Shown: piece by piece, positions 57,426 through 64,000 of the stretch
Position numbering within the stretch: position 1 is the stretch's first letter
Layout: the number at the start of each line of letters is the position of its first letter
Source of the DNA: a virus
Lineage: Duplodnaviria; Heunggongvirae; Uroviricota; Caudoviricetes
IMG/VR virus record: IMGVR_UViG_3300005613_000033
Location: 19,132 to 83,131 of that record
Length of the DNA: 64,000 bases
Strand: one strand, 5' to 3'
Program-made: the position numbers and the translations under genes
Notes under the pieces: generated by a model
The model's input: only the letters and a program-made list of their open reading frames with translations
What the model was told of the DNA's origin: nothing
The model's database searches: none

Positions 57426-57442
57426 AACTACATGGATTGCAA
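57426..57442 (-). promoter_or_regulatory. conserved core copy D (TTGCAATCCATGTAGTT on minus strand, followed by TTCGGAATTT)
   Basis: In tandem with copy C on the minus strand. Confidence 0.4.
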
Positions 57443-57750
57443 GAATAGTTGCATCGGCGTTGTAGCCCGCCCGAAACTGTAGTCAAATTGACTACACTGA
57501 ATGATTCGCGAAATCGGCGATTTTAGTTAGTTTTGAATCAGGTGCTAACTCGTTTTTAACTCGCCCAAACCTCTTGTTTTCTCGACTCAAAGTGGTTTTG
57601 TAGTTAGGAAGTTAGTGTTATTTTTTTCAAGAGATAAATTCTCAAAGCTATTATTTAGTAAAAAATAGTCTATATATAATAAGGGTTTGGGACAGTGTAA
57701 CTAACTAATTCACTCGACATTCCCTCACCGGAGGGGTAGTGCGCCGGATT

Positions 57751-57823
57751 TGTTGCAATCCATGTAGTTCTCCGAATTTTTTCTCGATTTAAGCCGTTTT
57801 TTCCGATAGGAGTATAAGAAGGA
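57751..57823 (+). promoter_or_regulatory. conserved upstream cassette copy B (core 57753-57769)
   Basis: Matches copy A across ~70 nt through AAGAAGGA. Ends 7 nt before the ATG of 57831. Confidence 0.5.
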
Positions 57824-57830
57824 CAGTGAT

Positions 57831-58781
57831 ATGCACGACGAAGTCAAGAACATCCCGATTCAGGATATCGTTGAACCAACGATTCTAATGAGGCTTGTGG
57901 ACACAGGTTCACTTGACTACTTGGAGATGTATTACTCAATGCAAGATGTTGGGTTTTTGAATTCAGTCAGCGTGCGGCCGTCAAAGAAGACCCCTGGCAA
58001 GTATGAACTTATAGACGGGTTATGGCGGTATACGGTGGCCCGGCATCTCAAGCTAGAGATGGTGCCCTGTATTGTTAAGAATATAGACGAAGACACGGAC
58101 GTATTATTCCTTCAGATTGCAGCAAACGCCATACGGCCTGTTACGAAGCCCTGTGAGTACGCAGAACATCTGGATAGAATACTGAAGTCAGATCCAGAGA
58201 TGACGCTGGTGACGCTTGCAGGCCGCTTAAAGAAGGAATTACTGTGGATTCGAGAAACCCTGAATCTGAATCGGCTTTTGCCGGTGATAAAGAAAAGTGT
58301 CAACCGGGGTGAAATACCGGTAAAATCGGCACGACTGTTATCCAAGATTCCACAGTCTTGGCAGGAACAATTCTTTTCACAAGCTAAGTTGTTGACATAC
58401 CAGGACTTCTCGCCGTTAGCGAGACGGGCAATCAAGGATTTCAAGGAGGCCAAACGTCAAGGAACGATGAAGCGGTTTTATGAAACCCAGTATACACCGC
58501 ATCCTTATCTTAGAACAATGCGAGATTTAGTAAATGAGATGGAGCATTGTGAGGAAGGTGCCATGTATTTGGTTAATGAGGATTGGACACCTATTGAAGC
58601 ATGGCAAAAAGCCGTACAATGGTGTCTACACATGGACCCAAAAGGGGTAAAGGAACAGACGAGACGTTACGCAGGGATGCTGGACAAGCCTAAAATTGAT
58701 GCAAAAAGGAGACGAATCGATAGACGAAAGTTGCAAGAGTTAGAAAATTGTGGATTTGATTTGACAAACCAAGAAAAGTAA
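57831..58781 (+). CDS. ParB N-terminal-domain (ParB/Srx-like) protein
   Basis: NIPIQDIVEPT...YELIDGLWRYTVARHL is a ParB-like box (DGxxR). 316 aa. Confidence 0.55.
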   Translation: MHDEVKNIPIQDIVEPTILMRLVDTGSLDYLEMYYSMQDVGFLNSVSVRPSKKTPGKYELIDGLWRYTVARHLKLEMVPCIVKNIDEDTDVLFLQIAANAIRPVTKPCEYAEHLDRILKSDPEMTLVTLAGRLKKELLWIRETLNLNRLLPVIKKSVNRGEIPVKSARLLSKIPQSWQEQFFSQAKLLTYQDFSPLARRAIKDFKEAKRQGTMKRFYETQYTPHPYLRTMRDLVNEMEHCEEGAMYLVNEDWTPIEAWQKAVQWCLHMDPKGVKEQTRRYAGMLDKPKIDAKRRRIDRRKLQELENCGFDLTNQEK

Positions 58782-58802
58782 TGTAAGATTGAGGTATGAG
58801 AC

Positions 58803-59531
58803 ATGAGTGATGAACTTCAAGTTTGGCAAGGTGAACAACTTCCGAGTTGCGATATAGGATTGGACGTTTTTGAGAGTTTGACCAAGAGTTCGGACTTTCT
58901 GCAACGTATTCAACTTTATACAAAGGGTCGTATGATTGACAAGGGAATCATTGGTTCCGGTCGATATGGAGTACCACAAGGTGAAGACGAGGTGGTTGAT
59001 CTTGGTGACGAAGTGGATGTTATTCCCTTCGCGTGGCGTCCTAAGGCGCTCGATACCAGTGATCGAGACGCCATTATTGAGGTATATGACCCCTGCTCTG
59101 AGGAGTTTCAGCGTATCCAAGCTGCTGCACAGGAGAAGGACTCAGGCTGTATGTATGGCCCGACCTTTTTGGTCTTTGAGCGGAGCACCGGGAAGTTCTA
59201 TGAACTCTTCTGTGGCAATGCCTCTGGCCGGATTTCCTCTCGCAGCATTATGCCGTATTGTCCCATTTCAGAGGGTGGGGCCGCTAAACAAACTGAGCAA
59301 ACGGGCAAGATGGTTGAAGCCCATGGGCCGGAAATGTGTACGCTTGGTGTCAAGTATACACAGAAGAAAACTTATGGTTGGCACGTTATCGTTGTGCATC
59401 GTTGCTCAACACCGTTTGATAACCTTCCTGCACAGGAAGTGATCTTGGAAGAGGTCAATCGCTTCCTCGCCCGTGAAGGATCTGGGGTGGAACGTGTAAC
59501 TGAAGATGTAACGGGCGGACGGGCTCGTTAA
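58803..59531 (+). CDS. hypothetical protein (242 aa, Cys-containing)
   Basis: RBS GAGGT. Confidence 0.4.
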   Translation: MSDELQVWQGEQLPSCDIGLDVFESLTKSSDFLQRIQLYTKGRMIDKGIIGSGRYGVPQGEDEVVDLGDEVDVIPFAWRPKALDTSDRDAIIEVYDPCSEEFQRIQAAAQEKDSGCMYGPTFLVFERSTGKFYELFCGNASGRISSRSIMPYCPISEGGAAKQTEQTGKMVEAHGPEMCTLGVKYTQKKTYGWHVIVVHRCSTPFDNLPAQEVILEEVNRFLAREGSGVERVTEDVTGGRAR

Positions 59532-59641
59532 TGAGGATACGATTAGGGGCGAGGTAACCCCTCGCCCCAATTATTAACTAAACCTTTTTAGCCGGATGTT
59601 CCTGCTTAACTTTTTGTTTCTCGTTTTTTGGAGATTATGTG

Positions 59642-60535
59642 ATGCGTATGAAGTCCACTGTACTTCTGTGTGTGGTTGGTGTTGTGACGTTGTTTCTTTT
59701 GATTTTCGGTATGAACTGCTTCAAGACTGTTGATGCTGGGCATGTGGCTGTGGCCTCGTTGTTCGGTAACGTGGTCGATGATGTTTACACTGAAGGGCTA
59801 CAGTTCCCTGTGAATCCATTATATGCGTGGTCCGAATATGATATTCGGGAAAAGAACTTGGATGTTCCGAAGGTGCCGATTCCTACTAAGGATCAGCAAA
59901 CTTCGTTTATCGACGTTAGTGTGATCTATCGGATCAATCCAACATCCTGTCCGGCCGCGAAGTCCGATGTAGGGTTGGCTGAGGACATTGTGAATGTGAA
60001 GCTCGCGCCAAATTTGCGTTCACAGTTGCGTTCCGAAGGTAAAGCTGTCGTGCGTTGTGAGGAACTGTTTAACGAAACTATTCAGGCAACGATGCAGGCA
60101 AATCTTCAGACTCGTCTTCAGGCCAAGGTTGGCAAGTATGCCACGATTACGTCGGTCTTGATTCGCAATATTGAGTTGCCTGGCCATATTCGGGATGCGA
60201 TCAAGAATAAGAAGGTACGTGAGCAGTTGGCCGAACAGCAAAAGGCAGAACTCCTCCGGTTTAAGACCGAGATGGAGCAGAAGGCTGTTCAAGCTGCTGC
60301 TGAGAAGGCGGCTGCTACCGAGGAAGCTGAACAGGTTAGGATTCTTGCAGACGCACAGGCTTATGAGATCGAAGCGATCAATAATGCTGTAGCAAATAGT
60401 CCTGCGTACATCCAGTTGGAAGCCTTGAAGACTCTTAGTGAGATTTCTAAGGACCCGGCCTCGAAGATGTACTTCATGGACGGCAATTCGTCGATGCCCT
60501 TGCCTCTTCTGCACATGGGTGACGGCGTCAAGTAA
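59642..60535 (+). CDS. SPFH/prohibitin-family membrane protein
   Basis: N-terminal TM LLCVVGVVTLFLLIFG. SPFH core VDAGHVAVASLFGNVV...TKDQQTSFIDVSVIYRINP. C-terminal coiled coil EQQKAELLRFKTEMEQKAVQAAAEKAAATEEAEQ. Confidence 0.65.
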   Translation: MRMKSTVLLCVVGVVTLFLLIFGMNCFKTVDAGHVAVASLFGNVVDDVYTEGLQFPVNPLYAWSEYDIREKNLDVPKVPIPTKDQQTSFIDVSVIYRINPTSCPAAKSDVGLAEDIVNVKLAPNLRSQLRSEGKAVVRCEELFNETIQATMQANLQTRLQAKVGKYATITSVLIRNIELPGHIRDAIKNKKVREQLAEQQKAELLRFKTEMEQKAVQAAAEKAAATEEAEQVRILADAQAYEIEAINNAVANSPAYIQLEALKTLSEISKDPASKMYFMDGNSSMPLPLLHMGDGVK

Positions 60536-60596
60536 GGGAGCATTGGTGAGGGTGGACAAATGGGGAAGGAAGATACATTTGTCTTGTTGTTGCTCC

Positions 60597-60630
60597 GAGG
60601 AACTGGTTTAATCGCCAGTTCCTCTCTTTT
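60597..60630 (+). terminator. rho-independent terminator
   Basis: GAGGAACTGG-TTTAATCG-CCAGTTCCTC followed by TCTTTTCC. Confidence 0.65.
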
Positions 60631-60638
60631 CCATATAG

Positions 60639-60711
60639 AGTGGGATAGAGCAGTGGTTAGCTCGGCGGCCTCATAAGTCGCAGGTCGAGGGTTCAAATCC
60701 CTCTCCCACCA
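60639..60711 (+). tRNA. tRNA with CAU anticodon (Met or Ile2-type)
   Basis: Hand-folded cloverleaf: D arm GAGC/AGUGGUUA/GCUC, anticodon loop CUCAUAA, T arm GAGGG/UUCAAAU/CCCUC. No encoded CCA. 1:72 apparently unpaired, so the boundaries are approximate. Confidence 0.65.
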
Positions 60712-60722
60712 TTTCGATTTAT

Positions 60723-60795
60723 AGCGGGGTGGAGCAGTGGTTAGCTTGTCGGTCTCATACGCCGAAGGTCGGAGGTTCAAATCCTTCCCCCGCAA
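60723..60795 (+). tRNA. second tRNA with CAU anticodon
   Basis: Anticodon arm UCGGU/CUCAUAC/GCCGA, T loop UUCAAAU. Boundaries approximate. Confidence 0.6.
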
Positions 60796-60845
60796 CTTAT
60801 CGTGTCCATGTTAAGCTAGTCCTGACGCAGAGGAGAAGGAATAAG

Positions 60846-61160
60846 ATGGCTGAAACGACAAAGTTTGTTATTGAAGGTGATGTGACGCTGGCCTATTTTA
60901 CAGGTCATTATAACCCGAGACAGGTAATCCTTAATGCCCCACCAATAGTCGATGATGATCCTTCGGTATCGGAGGGGTGTGAGTGTGAACGGCTGGAAAG
61001 CAAAATCGCTCAGGAACTTGGATTCCCTAACGAGGGGGAATTTGACGCAATGTTTGCGAAGTTAGACGAACTTCGTGCGCAAGGTTTACGGCCCGCCAAG
61101 GGTGAGCCGGATTTGCTTCGTGAAGGTACGAAGTTACGTATAACAGTTGAGGTATTGTAA
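60846..61160 (+). CDS. hypothetical protein (104 aa)
   Basis: ATG at 60846 with strong RBS AGGAGAAGG. The ORF-track start at 60729 overlaps the tRNA and is rejected. Confidence 0.5.
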   Translation: MAETTKFVIEGDVTLAYFTGHYNPRQVILNAPPIVDDDPSVSEGCECERLESKIAQELGFPNEGEFDAMFAKLDELRAQGLRPAKGEPDLLREGTKLRITVEVL

Positions 61161-61342
61161 TGAGTTACGTTACTGTTGAATCAATGCTTGAGAATTATGG
61201 GGGCGCATTAAATATTGCAATTATGTGGTTGCGGCATCAATTAACCCCCGAGGAGGAAGGCATAGTTGAGGATATCGTAACTCCGACGACGATTGCGGCA
61301 GCACAAGCCCGCATCGAATTACGGGGACAAAATTTAATCTAA
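61160..61342 (+). CDS. hypothetical protein (60 aa)
   Basis: ATGA overlap. Confidence 0.35.
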   Translation: MSYVTVESMLENYGGALNIAIMWLRHQLTPEEEGIVEDIVTPTTIAAAQARIELRGQNLI

Positions 61343-61354
61343 AAGGTGAATTGA

Positions 61355-61987
61355 ATGAAGACGGAAATTGTAGTAGTAATGGACCGTTCAGGGTCAATGC
61401 AGAGAGTATGTGAAGCTGCGATGGGTGGTTTCAATTCTTTCGTGGAAGACCAAAAAACTTGTGAGGGTGAAGCCAAGTTAACGCTGATCCAATTTTCAAC
61501 AGACTATGAAATTGTCTATAATGGCGTACCACTCCAGGATGTTAAACCTTTGACACCGGAGACTTATCGCCCACGCGGCTGGACAGCAATGCTTGATGCG
61601 ATTATTCGTGCAATTGACGAAGTGGGTGAGCGATTGCATACCACCCCCGAGGCCGATAGGCCAGACAAGGTAATCTTTGTTATCTTAACAGATGGTGAAG
61701 AGAACTCCAGTAAAGAATATCCTCGCCCTGGTGGGTTTCAGGTATGCAAAGATAAAGTGCAGCATCAGACTAATGTGTACAATTGGGACTTTATCTTTCT
61801 GTCGGCAAATCAGGATGCTGTATTGGCGGGTGGTGCTATTGGTGTCGCACCATCATTTACCAAGCAGTATACTGACAGTTGGTTTGGTACACGCTCAGCA
61901 TATGGTTGCTCCAGTGAGGCTGTGAAGTCTCTACGGATGGGTGGCGATGTGAACACTGTTGCGGCTGCGCTTAAGGGTGTAGAATAA
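61355..61987 (+). CDS. von Willebrand factor A (vWA) domain protein
   Basis: MIDAS-like VVMDRSGSM, TAMLDAI, VILTDGEEN. RBS AAGGTG. Confidence 0.65.
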   Translation: MKTEIVVVMDRSGSMQRVCEAAMGGFNSFVEDQKTCEGEAKLTLIQFSTDYEIVYNGVPLQDVKPLTPETYRPRGWTAMLDAIIRAIDEVGERLHTTPEADRPDKVIFVILTDGEENSSKEYPRPGGFQVCKDKVQHQTNVYNWDFIFLSANQDAVLAGGAIGVAPSFTKQYTDSWFGTRSAYGCSSEAVKSLRMGGDVNTVAAALKGVE

Positions 61988-62013
61988 AGGTATGCTTCTT
62001 TTAATTTAAGCAG

Positions 62014-62046
62014 GGCCGTCCCGAGTAATGGCGGCTCGGGACGGTC
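62014..62046 (+). other. 12-bp GC-rich stem-loop (11/12 paired) without a U-tract
   Basis: GGCCGTCCCGAG..(9 nt)..CTCGGGACGGTC. Same style as the 4142 hairpin. Confidence 0.35.
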
Positions 62047-62049
62047 TGG

Positions 62050-62541
62050 ATGGAATCCATGAATAAGTTGATCTTAACTATTGGTCTACCACGTAGTGGA
62101 AAGTCAACTTGGGCCCTGAAGCAAGGTTGTCCTATTGTTGCGTCCGATGCTCTGCGGCTTTCGATTTTTGGGAAATTGTGGTGGCCACCGGGTGAGCAGC
62201 AAATTATGGTAACTGCGCGTTCCATGGTACGAGCCCTATTCTTTGCAGGTCATGACACTGTAATCTTTGACTCCATCAGTCTGACAAGGGAAGCTCGACA
62301 GTTTTGGCTTCCTACTTCTGATTGTTCTTGGATCTTAGAATACATGGTCATACAAACGCCAGAGGCGGTCTGCATTGAACGAGCCATATCTAATGACCAA
62401 GAATACTTGGTTCCAGTAATTCAGCATGGGGCTGAGATACTCGGCGATCATATTATGCTTGAGAACTTCACTGACCAAACAAAGGATGAATGGAATGAGG
62501 AAGATTTCATAGGGTGTAGACATAAGAAAGGTGATAGATGA
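62050..62541 (+). CDS. P-loop kinase resembling the T4 polynucleotide kinase (Pnk) kinase domain
   Basis: KLILTIGLPRSGKSTWA resembles the T4 Pnk N-terminus KIILTIGCPGSGKSTWA. Walker B VIFDSISL. No phosphatase domain. Alternative start at 62059. Confidence 0.55.
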   Translation: MESMNKLILTIGLPRSGKSTWALKQGCPIVASDALRLSIFGKLWWPPGEQQIMVTARSMVRALFFAGHDTVIFDSISLTREARQFWLPTSDCSWILEYMVIQTPEAVCIERAISNDQEYLVPVIQHGAEILGDHIMLENFTDQTKDEWNEEDFIGCRHKKGDR

Positions 62542-62885
62542 GTAGCAAAGCTAAAGTAGTTGAAAAACCCATAGTGGAAGTGGAGGAATCAGAAGGATTC
62601 GATATTGGTGATAAAAAATGGTCCGACCCAACAGCCCACCAGGCTGTAAGTCGCAACGCTGAAGTAGTCGAAAAACAAATAACGGGAGTGGAGGAATCAG
62701 AAGTGTTAGGTATTGGTAAGAAGAAATGGTCCGATACAATAGCCCTCCAGGCTGTAAGTGCATCATATGAGATTTTGAAAGTTGGTGGTGATCTATCCCC
62801 TGAAGACATTATGGGGATGACGGTGCAAAAGTTACTGGAAATGGTAACACCTAACAAACTACGTTTGAAGTTGGAGAAAATCTAA
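62538..62885 (+). CDS. hypothetical protein with internal ~35-aa duplication
   Basis: AKVVEKPIVEVEESEGFDIGDKKWSDPTAHQAVS and AEVVEKQITGVEESEVLGIGKKKWSDTIALQAVS. Matching ~100-bp DNA direct repeat. ATGA overlap. Confidence 0.45.
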   Translation: MSSKAKVVEKPIVEVEESEGFDIGDKKWSDPTAHQAVSRNAEVVEKQITGVEESEVLGIGKKKWSDTIALQAVSASYEILKVGGDLSPEDIMGMTVQKLLEMVTPNKLRLKLEKI

Positions 62886-63223
62886 TGACAGTTCAAGATT
62901 TGCTGGATTGTTTAGCCCTATATACCGCTAATTTGGACGTGTGTGTTCAAATTGACGGGGGTGACTTTGATTACGATCTTACTATTGAGGAATATCCAGC
63001 CGAGACCCCAACGGAAGCACGTATCAGTGCTAACGGTGACACATCAAAATCATCTGTGTCAGATGTTATTACTGACCTGGAAGCTTTAACGGCTAACTTG
63101 CCAGTAGTAGCTCAAGTTAATGGTAGTCAATGGGGTGACGTAGTCGGAGCCCAAGAGATTCCAGATGGGGCAGAAACAGATGTATTGATAACCGCTTTTT
63201 ATGAGGCACCAGATCCAGAATGA
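62885..63223 (+). CDS. acidic hypothetical protein (112 aa)
   Basis: TAATG overlap. N-terminus MTVQDLLDCL resembles the start of the 63419 gene. Confidence 0.4.
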   Translation: MTVQDLLDCLALYTANLDVCVQIDGGDFDYDLTIEEYPAETPTEARISANGDTSKSSVSDVITDLEALTANLPVVAQVNGSQWGDVVGAQEIPDGAETDVLITAFYEAPDPE

Positions 63224-63418
63224 CCGTATCAGAATTGATTAAGGTATTGGTGGAATTTTAGTCCAGCCTCTGAGGTTAAGGTCTTACTGTCATTGGATAG
63301 TTGTGGGTAGATGGGTGTGTAATTTATTAAAGGGAAGTGGTCTTTATTGTACGAAAGGCATCAGAGCAATGACTGTTGCTGTATTGAGAGAACTTTTTTT
63401 ATATGGGGAGAAGCTAAC

Positions 63419-63589
63419 ATGACAGTCAAGGAACTGATGGAACGGCTTAAGAATTTCCCTGAGGGCGCGGACATGAGGGTTGAAGTTGGTTGTAGCTATG
63501 GAACGGTTATAGACCTCGAACTTGAAGATGCTAGCAAATATGGCGAGGGGCTAGAGTTTGTTTATATCATTGCAAAGGATGATAGATAA
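63419..63589 (+). CDS. small hypothetical protein (56 aa)
   Basis: ATG at 63419 with RBS GGGGAGAAG. N-terminus MTVKELMERLKNFPEGADMRVEV. The ORF-track start at 63347 lacks an RBS. Confidence 0.45.
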   Translation: MTVKELMERLKNFPEGADMRVEVGCSYGTVIDLELEDASKYGEGLEFVYIIAKDDR

Positions 63590-63670
63590 TGCTACAGTAA
63601 TGGTGATTTGCTTATACTGTCAAGGGTGAAATAGTGGGTGAGGATGTAAGTATTGTAGAAAGTATTATTG

Positions 63671-63746
63671 GCCGGTGTAACTCAATTGGTAGAGTACCAG
63701 TTTTGTAAATTGGATGTTAAGGGTTCAAGTCCCTTCACCGGCTCCA
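63671..63746 (+). tRNA. tRNA-Thr (UGU), CCA encoded
   Basis: Perfect 7-bp acceptor stem GCCGGUG/CACCGGC. D arm ACUC/AAUUGGUA/GAGU. Anticodon arm CCAGU/UUUGUAA/AUUGG. T arm AAGGG/UUCAAGU/CCCUU. Discriminator U then CCA. Confidence 0.7.
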
Positions 63747-63768
63747 AAATAGAAGTCGAAAGGCAATA

Positions 63769-64000
63769 ATGAGTGTACCAGAAATGATTGATGTAGTAGG
63801 TCAAGCGATTAGTCCCATGGATTGTCGGGACATGTTAAAGCTTTGTTACCAGCAAGCGAAAAACTTTAGCGACGACCCGAATACACGTAATGGTGCGATT
63901 GTAGTAAATCAACGTGGTGTGATTATCGGTGTTGGGGCAAACCGAATGCCACATACATCGTTGGCTACCCCTGAAACCTTACAAGCCCCAGCAAAGAACA
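63769..64000 (+). CDS. dCMP deaminase-like protein, 5' part (runs off window end)
   Basis: SDDPNTRNGAIVVNQRGVIIGVGANRMP resembles the dCMP/cytidine deaminase N-terminal motif. RBS GAAAGG. Open to the window end. Confidence 0.5.
   Translation, partial: MSVPEMIDVVGQAISPMDCRDMLKLCYQQAKNFSDDPNTRNGAIVVNQRGVIIGVGANRMPHTSLATPETLQAPAKN

Noticed and set aside
60729-60845. Upstream extension of the 60846 gene as given in the ORF track
   Set aside because: The extension overlaps the second tRNA gene. A strong RBS (AGGAGAAGG) precedes the internal ATG at 60846.

Overview
The window reads as (pro)phage DNA in the standard genetic code, densely packed, with many 1-4 nt ATGA/TAATG start-stop overlaps. All family calls rest on motifs read from the provided translations; no database search was possible. 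Layout, left to right: (i) a minus-strand operon at the left edge: a glucose-6-phosphate dehydrogenase gene (zwf-like, running off the window; it is not in the ORF track because it has no stop in the window) overlapping a small protein with three tandem HTH repeats. (ii) A plus-strand early/auxiliary block (1917-10135) of small secreted or membrane proteins. It includes a Tat-signal papain-like cysteine peptidase whose gene carries two full-size inteins, each with a LAGLIDADG endonuclease, followed by a signal-peptide thioredoxin-fold protein. (iii) A long plus-strand morphogenesis module (10245-51726): lambda GpA-type large terminase, putative portal, scaffold-like protein, putative major capsid protein, a 2502-aa modular giant protein, a 1641-aa protein with about 50 copies of a ~27-aa repeat and a C-terminal LamG-like domain, a LamG x2 protein, tail assembly chaperone, 1348-aa tape measure, three tandem tail-protein paralogues, a sulfotransferase-motif protein and an SPFH protein. 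(iv) A minus-strand replication block (51807-57206): DEDDh exonuclease, standalone NTPase paralogue, AEP-primase/D5-helicase fusion and an HNH homing endonuclease (a paralogue sits inside the tail operon). (v) A ~620 bp AT-rich divergent intergenic region carrying a conserved upstream cassette found four times in the window. (vi) A right-hand block: ParB-like protein, second SPFH/prohibitin, two tRNA(CAU), vWA protein, T4 Pnk-like P-loop kinase, tRNA-Thr and the start of a dCMP-deaminase. The zwf gene, sulfotransferase and tRNAs weakly suggest a cyanobacterial host. No lysin, prohead protease, small terminase or RNA polymerase could be recognised.
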